Below are positions 46,401 through 58,400 of a stretch of DNA of 64,000 bases, piece by piece (position 1 is the first letter of the stretch; every line of letters begins with the position of its first letter). Under the pieces are notes generated by a model. It was not told where the DNA came from. It saw only the letters and a program-made list of their open reading frames with translations, and ran no database searches. The DNA lies in the NCBI GenBank assembly GCA_904063045.1, contig CAJFCJ010000023.1, positions 62,001 to 126,000 of the forward strand. Direction: 5' to 3'. Position numbers and translations under genes: made by a program. Origin of the DNA: Dimorphilus gyrociliatus (Eukaryota; Animalia; Annelida).

Positions 46401-49400
46401 GTCAGAAACAGCTGAACAAAGTGAGATTATGATGGAAATCGGTAAGGCTAAAACTGATAGAAAAATTGAGACAACTACAGCTACTCTTGTTGCTGAATTA
46501 ACAACTGAATCTGCTGAACCAAAGGATGAAGCAAAAGAACTGGAAATGGCCAAGGAAAGTGAAATTAAACAAGAAATTTCGAAAGCAAAAGCAGAACAGC
46601 CTGTGGAGTCAACAAGCATTTTAGAAACAAAAGCAATAACAGAAATGGCTGATACCGAATTTGTTGTAAAGAAAGTAGAAACAGCAGATGAAAGTGAAAT
46701 TTATCAAAGTACAGAAAAAGCCAATCAGGGAGAGGTGGTCGAATCAACTACATCTATGATAGTTACTAAAATGGAATTAGAGTCAACAGATTCTGGAATG
46801 GCCATTAAGCCATCAGAAAAGGCGGAAGAAACAGAAGTGTCATTCAATGTTGAGCATGCTACATCAGACAAACCTATTGAAACGATTGCGACAACTCAAG
46901 TCACTGAATTGAAAACCGAATCTGCTGATGCAGAATTAAAAATAAAGCAGTCTGAGACTGCCGAATTGCTTGAAACAGAAACAGAAACGGCAACTGTTCA
47001 AGTTAAAAAACCGCAGGAATCAAAAACAAATGTTTTTGTCGATGAAATTTCTGTAGAAACAGCAGAAACTACAGAAAATAAGTCACCTGAACAATCTTTG
47101 GAATCGGTCGCTGATTTGGAACTGCATAAATCTTCTGTCAAATTACCTGAAGGTTCACAAACAGTAACACAAATTACTGAAGTTGCTGTTCAAAAAACAA
47201 CAAAAGTTCAACAAATTAAGCCTAGTGAATCGGTCGAAGAGAGTGAAGTATCTATAGAAACTTCGGAAGCTACAGTATTGCATCCAAAAGAAGCTAACGT
47301 AAAAGTTCAAGAATCTGTCATTGCCACAGATATTACAGAATTTGCCGATGAAGTGAATAAGTCTGATTTAGCGAAACTGTCCGACATTAAGTCAGAAACT
47401 TCGACTGTCGATATATCCCAACCTAAAGAAACACAAGCTTCAGTTATGATAAAAGAAATGACCACTGAAGTAACGAGTGAAACTGTGGAAGAAAAACAAC
47501 CTGAAACTCAAACTGAATCAATTGTCAGCGTACAACTAGAAAAGTCTTCTAAAAATCTCCCACAAGAAAGTCAGACTGCTGCTCTGGGTGCCGAAATTAC
47601 ACTAGAAAGCTCAAAAGAACAAGCAGAGTTAACTGTTTTAGAAAAAGCGTCTGAAACTGTAAATGTTACGGACAATAAATTAGCAGCTGTAACAAGTCAA
47701 ACGGTTGAAAGTACTGCAGGTTTATTAGTAGCTGACTTATCCGTTGAAAATACTGATGCAACTATGCAACTAAAACCAACAGAAGAGGCAAAAGAGAGCA
47801 ATGTCGAAATGGCAACTGAGCAAGCCACTCTGGAATTGAAAAAGGAAACTCAAGTTTCCACTCAAGAAACAAATGTAACAGAAAATGTAACCCTTACGAA
47901 GCCTGACGACAAAGAGATTAAAACTTCAACGGAATCAACAGTAATTACTCAGTTAGAAGAATCTAAAGTGGAGTTTCCCAAAGAAACTAAGGTTGAAGTT
48001 GGAGAGGCTAAACTAAAACTTGAAGAAAGCAAAAAAACAAAACAAAAACCGGCTGAAAAAGTTGAAGAATCCTTTACTCAAGTCAAACTAAAGAAAGTTA
48101 AAAAAGATGTGAAACCAGCAATAACAAAAACACAAAAAAAATCTACAACAATTGAGGTATCTGACGAAACAGATGCGATTAAAACTGAGGAAGCAACTTC
48201 TTCTCAAGTGGTTACAGAAACTATGATTGCTTCTAAAAAAGAGAAGCCTAAAACAAAAAAAGGGTCAGAGGTATCAGAAGAAGTAGTTGTGTCATTAAAA
48301 AGTGCAGCTCCTTCGGAAACAGGTAAGGTTTCCCCAACCGAGAGTGAAAATACCCAATTGCATGGATCTTTAAGTCCTCTTGAAACTGCTCCAGAACCCG
48401 AAGAAACTGTTGATACTATGTCAATAAGTGAATCGAATGTATCTTTAAATATTGAAGAACAAAATTTAAAAACTGAGAAAGCCAATATTAATATTCCCCT
48501 GCACCTAACCACTGACACCCAAGACGTTTCCAAAGTGGTATTTGAGGCAGAACAACCAAACGTGGAAAACTTGGTTGAAACTTCAATTGATGAACCTAAA
48601 GGTGTAAAAGATTATAGTAGCGAGGTTACTCTTCCAGATAGTGTAGAAGAAACTATTGAATCAAAATTGGAAGATACAGAAACAAAACTTTCTAGACATG
48701 ATACTAGTTCAACTGAATATGTCAAAGCTTCAACCAAGAAGCAAAAAGAGTCAATATCAGACGTTCAAGAAGCAGTCACAATTTCCGAATCTTCCATCAT
48801 GGACGTAGATTACGAAAAGCCTCTTGAGAGTGTATCTGAATCAATTACAGTATCTGATCTATTGATTGCAGACAAGCCTGTTCAAGAACAGACTGTAACT
48901 TCAGAGACGACTATAACGACAAATGAACCTGTCGAAAATATAAACCAAATCACAGAAGTTGGGTTAGAAATATCCAGTGAAAAGGTAGCCCTCACGTCTG
49001 AAATTAATAAGCCAGAACAGCATTCCAGCGCAACTGCTGAATCATTTGAGGAAGGTCAAAGTGAGGAAATTAGTGAATACTCATCGTTGACTATACAGCC
49101 TAAAGAGGATGTAATAGATATAGATAAAGATATAAAGATTGATATTATTCAGCAAGAAACGACCGTAGGAAAGGGAAAGTTAATTGAAGAGATAGTAGAC
49201 ATCGATAAAGACTCTATAGTACCGAGTAAAGCTACAGAAGAGTTAGTTAAACCCTCAGAAACTGAAGAAAAAGTAATAGAAAAAATACCAGAGACTATAG
49301 AGTCAGCTTTAATAAGCGAGAATTTAGAATCAAACTTAGACATAGTAGAAGATGCTGATAACGAAAAAGTCAATGTTGTAAAAGATTCCAGCCTACCAAT

Positions 49401-52400
49401 TAGCAAAATTGGTGAGAAATGCATGAAAAATAAGTGGAATAAATATGATATTAATAGATATGAATTTGAATGAAGAAATTGCAAATTTTTACTTTTTTTG
49501 CTTGTTTATAATGGATGAACTTGCAAGAAAGTTGCAAATATTCTTTTTGGTTAAAAAATTCTTTACGTTTATTTCGTTTTGCGTCTTGAACAATAGCATA
49601 TATGTATTTTTATACATATATCGATATATCTACAGTTTTTGTTGTTATATTTTGAACGCGCTTGAACATATAGCCAATACCTTTATTAGAATTAGTTAGA
49701 TTAACACGCTTTCTCTTCAATCTTTGTTAACAGCACGACTATTCCAGATTACCTTAATTTGATGAAAATTTTTTTTTGATGCATTATTTTATTATTATTC
49801 ATCTTTTTTTTATACAGAAACAGCAGAAGCTTCGTTAAGTATCAAGTGAGTTTTTCTCTTCAACCTAAATTGAAAGTAATGTTAGTTCTTAAATTAAATT
49901 TTTTGCTATATTTGTTTTAGGCCAAAAACTCAAGAAAGTGAAACAACAATTGATATTAAACCTGAAAAAGAAACAATTGAGGAGAGTAGCACGGAAACGA
50001 CTTTGAAAGGTATTTTTGATATCTGATAGTGCTTCAAAAAGAACTTTTCTATTTAACTGATTGAAGTTTAAAATTCCCCAAAACACTAACAAATGCATGA
50101 TCCATCTATCTTTTCCTTCTATTTTAGCATCAAAACGACAAGATGAAGATAGAGAAGAGAGTAAAAGCATCTCTGTAACTGTTAGCAGTATGCCAGATGA
50201 CTTCGATAATTCTCTTGACGATATTACGTCAGAGTTTTCTATAGAGAAACCTGTTGACGAAGTTAAGAAAGACTGCACAACAATTTACATTTCTACTGCA
50301 AATTTCAAACCTGATAGTGATGAAGTCATGTCACTGCATGAAGGAGAAAGGGTTGAAATAAAAAATATTAACGAAAGTGATAAACTATGGCTTGTAAAGA
50401 AGTGGTTTAATACTAACTCTGGTCTTGTACCGTCAAAATATCTTCAAAGAAGACAAGATGTAGAGGATGCTGTTGACAAACAAATTCTAGCTTACGCAGA
50501 AAAGTTAGCAGTACCAGAAGAAACAGCTAAGCATAAAGGCTATCCTCAAGCAGCTCAAATTGTTAGACCTTTAAGTTCAGATAAGGTTAAAGACGGAGAT
50601 TCAGTTTACCTTGAATGTTCTATCGTAGCTAACCCTGAACCAATTGTTGTTTGGTTTAAGGAAGGTGTTCTTTTGGAAGCCAGTCATGAGTTTGAACAAG
50701 TCTTTGACGGTACACTTTGTAAATTGATGATAAAAGAAGTTTACCCTGAAGATACAGGATTTTACGGAGTATTAATAAAAAATCAATACGGATATGACTT
50801 TAGTGCTGCTGAAATAATAGTTGTTGAACGTGGTGCAAGTACAGGTATTAGAGTTTGAATGTGCCTTAACTTCATCTTTTTCCCCGAAAAAAGCATATTT
50901 TTACAATTTCTGTTCGATTATGTGTAATAATTATTGCTATTTGTTTATTAGGAAAAGAACCAGTAGAAGAGAAAATTAAACCAACTATGAAAACTAAACC
51001 TAAGGCTCAAACTGCTGATGAAAACGCAGATGCAACATTTACGTGCACCATTCTATCCAAACCTAAACCAGAGGTAAGTGAATTTTAAGTATTTTGGCTG
51101 AATAATGTTTTAATGATTAAGTAAAATCATTTCTATTCTGTATATATACTTTATTATGTACGAATGTGTCTTTGCATTAAATTAGGCTACTTGGATCTTC
51201 GAAGACAAAACTATCACTTTATCCGATAAATATAAACCGGACATATCAGAAACAGCCGAAAATACTTATAAGGTGTGCTTGGCCATTAAAAAGATTCAAC
51301 TATCAGATGCCGGAAGTTATAAACTTTTTGTTAAAAATACTGAAGGAGAATTAAAGAGTAGCGTGACTTTATTTGTGAACGGTTTGTTTAATTATTTAGA
51401 ATTATTTAGCTCTTAACAAAAGTTTGGTGATTAATGTAGAACGAAAAGACTCCAAAGACCTTCGTTCTCAACTAAAAAAGAAGACCGAAAAGTAAGTAAA
51501 TAGTTTGTGGTCCAATGTATAGTATAATTAATATTGTTTGGATTTGTTACCCCTTCCTTCGCATGAATAGAAACCCTCAGTTATCTAAAGACCAAGAACA
51601 AACAGATTTTCGTTCAGTTTTACGTAAAAGTTCAATGTGAGTGACTTTGAATGTTATATGTATTTATTATTTGCTATAACTATGCATATTACAATACTTT
51701 CTCCCGCTTTTCAATAATTTAACAAAAAGAGTAATGAACTGTAATACATTTTTAACTTGTCATGTCTTTATAATTGTCTTTTTTTTTTTACAGAAAAGAA
51801 CCCAAGAAGAAGGAACCAGAGGTAAAGGGTGGTGAACAGCATGATTTTAGAAATGTCTTGCAAAAAAATAGTAGCGAGGTTAGGGTGTGTTTTATCTTTT
51901 CTAGTAAAATTCTTCCCAGAAGATATGCTATTTTATAAAGTCTTAAGCATGACTCCTACTTTTTTCCGTCAAAAAGGAAGAATGCAAATAAAATAAAATC
52001 TATTCAATTTTTTTCTCCATATTTTAATATGCAATTGTTTTCTTTTTTCTTCAATCTAACACATTTTGTTGTCAATTGCATGCAGATATCCGACAATCAA
52101 AAATCCAAGTTTGAAGTGAAACAACATGACTTTAGAAACCTTTTAAAAACTGTAGAGGTTGTTATTAACGGTCTTTTTCATTGAATGAGAAAGCCCCGTT
52201 GTTATACTGTATAAGTATTTATGTATTATTTAATTCAACTTGCAGAAGGAGCCAAAGGTTGAAATTTCATTGAAAGATAAAACCATTAAGGAAGGTGAGG
52301 AAGTGACTTTTATTTGTCAATTGTCTGGAAACCCTTTACCTGATGTTTCCTGGTATCGTGAAGATGAATTAATATTTTCTAATGATGTTTATAATATGTC

Positions 52401-55400
52401 CGATAATGGCCGAGGGTTGCATGCTTTAAAAATCGGACTTGCTTTGGCTGGAGATGACGGCGTTTATGAGATACGTGGCAGAAATAACCTCGGAACTGTT
52501 AAAAGTTCTGCTGTTTTACGTATAATAGGTTTGTCCCATTACTAAAACTAAATTAATAATATTTACCTTTACCCGTTTTCTTACTAAAAAAATAAGATAT
52601 AAATGAATTTAAAGTTAAAATTGTTTGAATTAATACTTATATCTTGCTTGAGTAAGATGTAGTTCAAAAATAATTAACATAATCTTATTTTCTTTTCTTG
52701 TTTCATTTATAGACGAAGCGGCACTAGAAGAAAGTTCGGTAAGCTCTTCTGTCAGTTCTTATGATCCCAATCGCATTCAAACAGAAACATCGCATGACAT
52801 ATCCCGTAATGACAATTCTAAGCATGAAGATGACAATAGTTTTACTAACGAACCTTTAGCTATTCATGACAATGACATTATCCAGTCAAATATTGAAGAT
52901 TTAGTTCCCATCGATGTCACCGATAACACACACACAGAAAATGACTCAGTCAGTTCATATGAAAAGGAGTACGAAACTGAGTCGTTTGAGCCAGGAACAT
53001 TCACAAGAGATGATATTGAAGAGTTGGAAGAAGACGAAGCTGAAGCAGCAGATGAAGAACTCGTAAAAGAAACAATAGATGATACCAAAATAGAAACTGA
53101 ATCGTCCAGTGGTTCAAGCGCAAAAGAATTATATGAGAATTTTGATGAGGGATCAGAAGAAAAGCCACCGTTTGATATATGTGAATCAACAAGTGAAAGT
53201 GAACCAGCAAGTTCTTATATAAAAGAATTACATGCAGAAACTACAGGGGCACCAACTGAATATCAATTATCCCCAGTTGAACTATCAAAAAAAGAGAAAA
53301 GTGGAAAGGATAAATCAGTCGAAATTTCTGATGTAAAGGTCATATAGAAAGGATTAAAATTAGTCTCTCTTAGCTCTTCTATCTTTCCTGTGTATATAAA
53401 ATTTAAATATTAAAAGAAAAACATTCAACCTTCTTTTGCTTCAGACTTTCTTTAATAGAACCTGTTAAAAATATTATCCATCTTTACAGCTTCTTGATTA
53501 TCCCACATCAATAAATGTGGAGCTTTTAATAGAAAGAACATCTCAAACTTGCGCCTTTGAAAGAGAAACCAATATTGTTTTTATAAAAGATACTAAGGTT
53601 ACATTGTAGTAATATAGTTGTTAACCTTATGGTGTTTTTTTTTTACCTTGGAATATTTTACCCATAGTTGAAAAGTTTCTTTTATAATATTCAATATTTT
53701 GTTTCTGGATTTTTACCAGTTTTCTTATTTACCATACATTAAATTTCATTTTATTTTACCTGTTGTGTTTATTTTCTCAATATTTTACCTTTTATTAAAA
53801 TATTTTCAAGAAAATAGTAAAAGTATCTCTCATATTTATTTATAAACTTATTTAACAACAGAAACCAAAGGAGGAACCAAAAAGTAAAGAACCATCAAAA
53901 GCTCCTGAACTATTAGAGCCACTCGTAGATAAAAAACTGCCAAAAACCGGTGAAGAAGTGAAATTGACTTGTAAGATAAGTGGATATCCTAAACCGGAAG
54001 TTAATTGGTTAGATTTTTTGTTAGATAATTATTAAATGGTGTTAAATTTATTACTATCGTGTTTATGTGTTTTAGGTACTCGTCTGGAATTCTTATTTCG
54101 GATACTAAAAAGTTTACTAGAACCGAAAAAGGGGATACTTATACACTTATTATTAAGGACGTTCAAGAAAGGGATTGCGTGGAGTATACAATAAATGCCA
54201 AAAATGAGGCTGGGGAAGTTAATTCCAGTTGCATCATAATTTTGCCTCAAGGTTTGTTAATGTGCCTGTAATAGCCTGTAAGCTGCAAAACTGATTGGCT
54301 TTATTTTCTATTAAAATTAATTTTAAGACCTTTTCCTAACTATGATTTTTTATACGTTTTCGTGCACTTTTTTCTGATGCATTATCCAAATACAACGCAA
54401 CAATTTTTTATTTCAAGATTACTAAAAAAAAATATTTTTGTTCAAGTTGCTTGAATATTTTTTTTTTACCTTCGGTTCACGCGTGCACTTTTTGCTTTGA
54501 TTTTTTTTTCTTTAACAGTCTCGTCGAGTGAAATTAAGCTTTTTCCTCCCATACTTTTCACCCGTATATATTGTATTTTTATATGCATCCCCAGCATATG
54601 TGAACAAAACCATTCTTTGTATCAAAAAAGAAAGGAAAAATCTTTGTCTCTACAAGGAAAAATGTTGAACAGGGATAGCTTAAAAAAATGCTTTAATCCG
54701 TGTATTATTTCGTTTTTATAAGATAATAATCAAATAATTAGTGTAGTTCAAAAAAAAAAATAAACAAACAGCACAAAAACATAAAATATACGGCACTCTA
54801 TTAGACTCAAAACTGTTATCTTTATATTATGTTTTTCTCAAGCTAATCGGCTTTCTTCAACAAAAAATAGGCTTGGCTATAAAGGTGATTTTAGCCTAGT
54901 TATGTTATTTTTTTTTCTGGTAGTTATACTCTCAACCGTATATAGTATGCTATTGTTATTGCAAAGCTCTTTTAGGAAAGGAATTCAAAGTATTTTTGTT
55001 GTTGGTAAATTAAGGCTAATTTGCAATTGAAATTCATTACTTTTTTCGGTTGAAAATGATAGGTTTTTTTATTACTATACAAACTTACAATATATGGCTT
55101 TTTCTCTCTCTCTCTCTCTCTCTTTTTATGAAAGCGAATTGTTTAAATAGTTTTATAAACATTAAAGATAATTCTTCTTTCAGTAATTGAATTAAGCAAA
55201 AATCCTTTGAATAATCTTCTGTACAAAAGAGATATTCTTTTATCAGCTTCTTAGTTAAGTAATAAAACAGGAGGATTTGTATAACATAATTTTGAAATTT
55301 ACATAGAAATATGTCATATAAATATTAAATATATTCTTAACCACTTTCCCCTTTTCGGATATTGTCACTTATCTTCTCAAAACATATATTTAATCTTTGA

Positions 55401-58400
55401 GCAAAATTTTCAAGTTGAATATTCTTGAACTTTAAAAAAACAAAGAAAACAAAAGGAAATAAGTTAAATACAAAAATAGATACTATAAAAAAGACAAGTA
55501 ATGAATTATTAGCTATTTACAACTTGATTCAATAGTTGTATTGAATTTTAAAATAAAGCAAAAGAGATATACTCCTAGGGTTGATATATAATGGGGAATA
55601 ATATCTTATTGAACATGTTTACAAGACATTATCGACTAGAAGGAAAACGGGTAGTTTCATCTTTTCCCTCTCTCCACAAAACATTTCAATAGAGTAATTG
55701 AAAAAGTTTATTATCATATATAGTAGACAGGTGTTAGAACTTACGTGCTATTTACTAATAATTATAGATTTTGATATAGAGTTTTATGAAGAGAAAAATA
55801 GATCATTAAGAAAGGTGTTAATGAAGGTACATATTTGCAAAACAGAGATTGTTTTTATGATCATATGTGCCAAAAGACTAATATAAATTTTTATTATATA
55901 TAGATATAAGTTATATATATATATTTGAAATAGAGCCTTTGAATAAATTTCCTCTACTTTAATTATCTTTTAACGCCATCTATCAACTACGAAAAGGATG
56001 ACTATTAAATGCACAAGAGAGAAAGAGAGAGCGAGGGGGAAAGAGATAGAGATAGGAAAGTAAAAAGTGAAAGAGAGAAGAGGAAGGGCGAAAGATCTAT
56101 GTGTTAAAGTATTGCCATTGAATCAATTATATAATTATACAAAAGCAAAATGTAGTTGGCGCTGGCTGTATTATAAACAAATATTACGCAAATCAATAGC
56201 GGGGATACTGTTGTTTGAAGGAATGCAATAGCAGCATTAGAAATCTGCTGGAAGATGATTTCTTTTTTATCAAGTTAAATGACGACCCTAAAAAGAGGAT
56301 AGTGAATATTTTAAGCAAACTTTGGCCATTCGCCAACCAATTTATTCAATCAATTCTAAAGCAAGTCTGGACACGGTAACATTTAGCAAGGATTAACTGA
56401 ATATAGCTTTAAATCGTTGTGAAACAGTCTTAAGGCCATAAACGATCAATTTTCTTGGTGTAGTTTTGGATAGTTTTGTTTATGATATGGATAGTTTTGT
56501 ATAAAGAAAATAACAAGTTTTAGTGTTTCATATTAAATAGCTACAAAAAAATATTAACCATTATATCTTCATCAAATGAGAAAACCTACGAAATAAGATG
56601 AAAATCTATTCAAATGATAAGAATGAAGTTTACATAATCAACAGTAGAATTCAGTAGTTTAGCATTTTTCCGTCGAAATCCGATAGTAAAGATAAATACT
56701 TTTTTCAATTTGGATATTATTCTCCTTTGACAATAAAATATTCATACTGCCAAAAAAAAAAATGTTAGTGGAAATGCGGATTGTTCATATACAAATTGCT
56801 TTAACGCACGACGTCGAAGAAATTTCAATTGAAAAATTAATTTATGGTTTGTTCCTATGGAATAATAATTCTTTTCTCTTCTTTTATATATACATATATA
56901 TATAATTAATTGATTTTAATTAATTAATAAAATCCTTCCTCTTTGACATCTTCTACTTGTTTTTTTTTTTTTTTCTATTTGATTATATAATTTTTATTTA
57001 TGCATAGAAGATACAGACGTTTTTCCTTTTGACGATACTTAATTTGCTTTTAATAATACTATGATTTCTTAATTAATATATTAATATATTTCGTTTATCC
57101 TTATTATTTTCCAGTCTCTTCCTCCCCTTTCCCTTTGTTTCCCCTTCCCCTCCCCCTTATCTATCTTTCATATTTTAGCCTCTGTAACCAGTTTTCTGCT
57201 ATATTCTATACTATTCTAAATATATATCTATTTATATATTTACTCTCTACTAAGCGTAAAAATTGTTTTTCTTTCAATCCTTTAACAGAAACCAAAGAAA
57301 AAGGTTCAAGACCTGAATTTTTAGTTAAAATTAAAACAAGCCAGGTAGAAATAGGTCAAACTGCAGAATTTAATTGCAAAATTATTGGAACACCTACGCC
57401 CACTTTAACTTGGTTTTACAATGGTATGAGAATAGAAAATCAAGGACGATATCATTTCCTCTCGAAAGAAGAATTACAGGTAATTGACTATATTTCTACG
57501 CAAGAGTAATTTGAAATACTCAAAAATATTCCAACAACATTCAAGCGTATTTAAATGATACTTATCGAACTTTTTACCTTAAAAAGAGTTCGACGGTAAT
57601 GGACTATTTTAAAGCTACTAACACTTAATTAATTTTCTACAATAGATCTTAGAAATCAATGACATTACTACAACTGATGCCGGCCAATATAAAGTTGTGG
57701 CAAAAAATCCATATGGAAAAGTTGAATGTTCAGCTAATTTGCAAGTTGAAGGTAAATTGAATTTGTTTTTTCCTTATTTTAATTGATTTAGAAGATTTTC
57801 CTTTAAGTTTAATAATTAAAAATGATATATTTAAATAAACTATTACTAAGATTTTTGCTTGTCTGTGAGTTTTTTTTTTCAATACTAATTTGCATGATTT
57901 AGCCCCGTCCAAAAAAACCGATCTTCAGCCTCCTAATTTCGTCGTCTCTATGGAAACGAAAAACGTCGTTAATGTTGGAGACAGAGTTAAGTTATACTGT
58001 TCGGCAGCTGGAATACCGAAACCAGATGTAGTGTGGTATAGAAGTGGCAAGCAGATAAGAGACGGCGACGAAGGCAGATTTACGATTAAATATGATGAAG
58101 AAAGCGAAAAAAATGTTTGTGGTACAACGTTAATCGTTCTAGATATTCTACCAACTTACGAAGGTAGATTTACAGCAGAAGCGATTAACGAAGTTGGAGT
58201 GGCTTATACAGATGCTGATTTGATTGTTAGCGATTGTAAGTTTGAAGTGAAAAAAAAAAAGAATGATCTCCTTTTATTATTGTATTGCTATCAAAACCTT
58301 TATTAACTCTCGTATATTATTAAAATTATAACTTTATTAATCCATCCCTTTTTTTTAAAAAAAAAAGACAAAACAAAAAAAAACTGTTAACTGTTAAAAA

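Noticed and set aside
44023-46506. Regular repeat array as a CRISPR or satellite
   Set aside because: Units are contiguous 138-bp in-frame coding repeats with no unique spacers, in a eukaryotic exon.
34261-47050. 45-46-aa repeats as homologues of vertebrate 45-aa titin Z-repeats
   Set aside because: The length coincides, but there is no AVATVVAAVD-like hydrophobic motif and the position is far from Z2.
42553-49484. Many minus-strand ORFs (S/V/T-rich or F/C-rich) over the giant exons, and similar ones at 35103-36956
   Set aside because: They are antisense shadows of stop-poor repetitive E/T-rich coding sequence, with no independent protein features.
56275-56375. 34-codon open frame LNDDPKKRIVNILSKLWPF... 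as an exon
   Set aside because: Phase is inconsistent with the flanking phase-1 junctions and the acceptor is weak.
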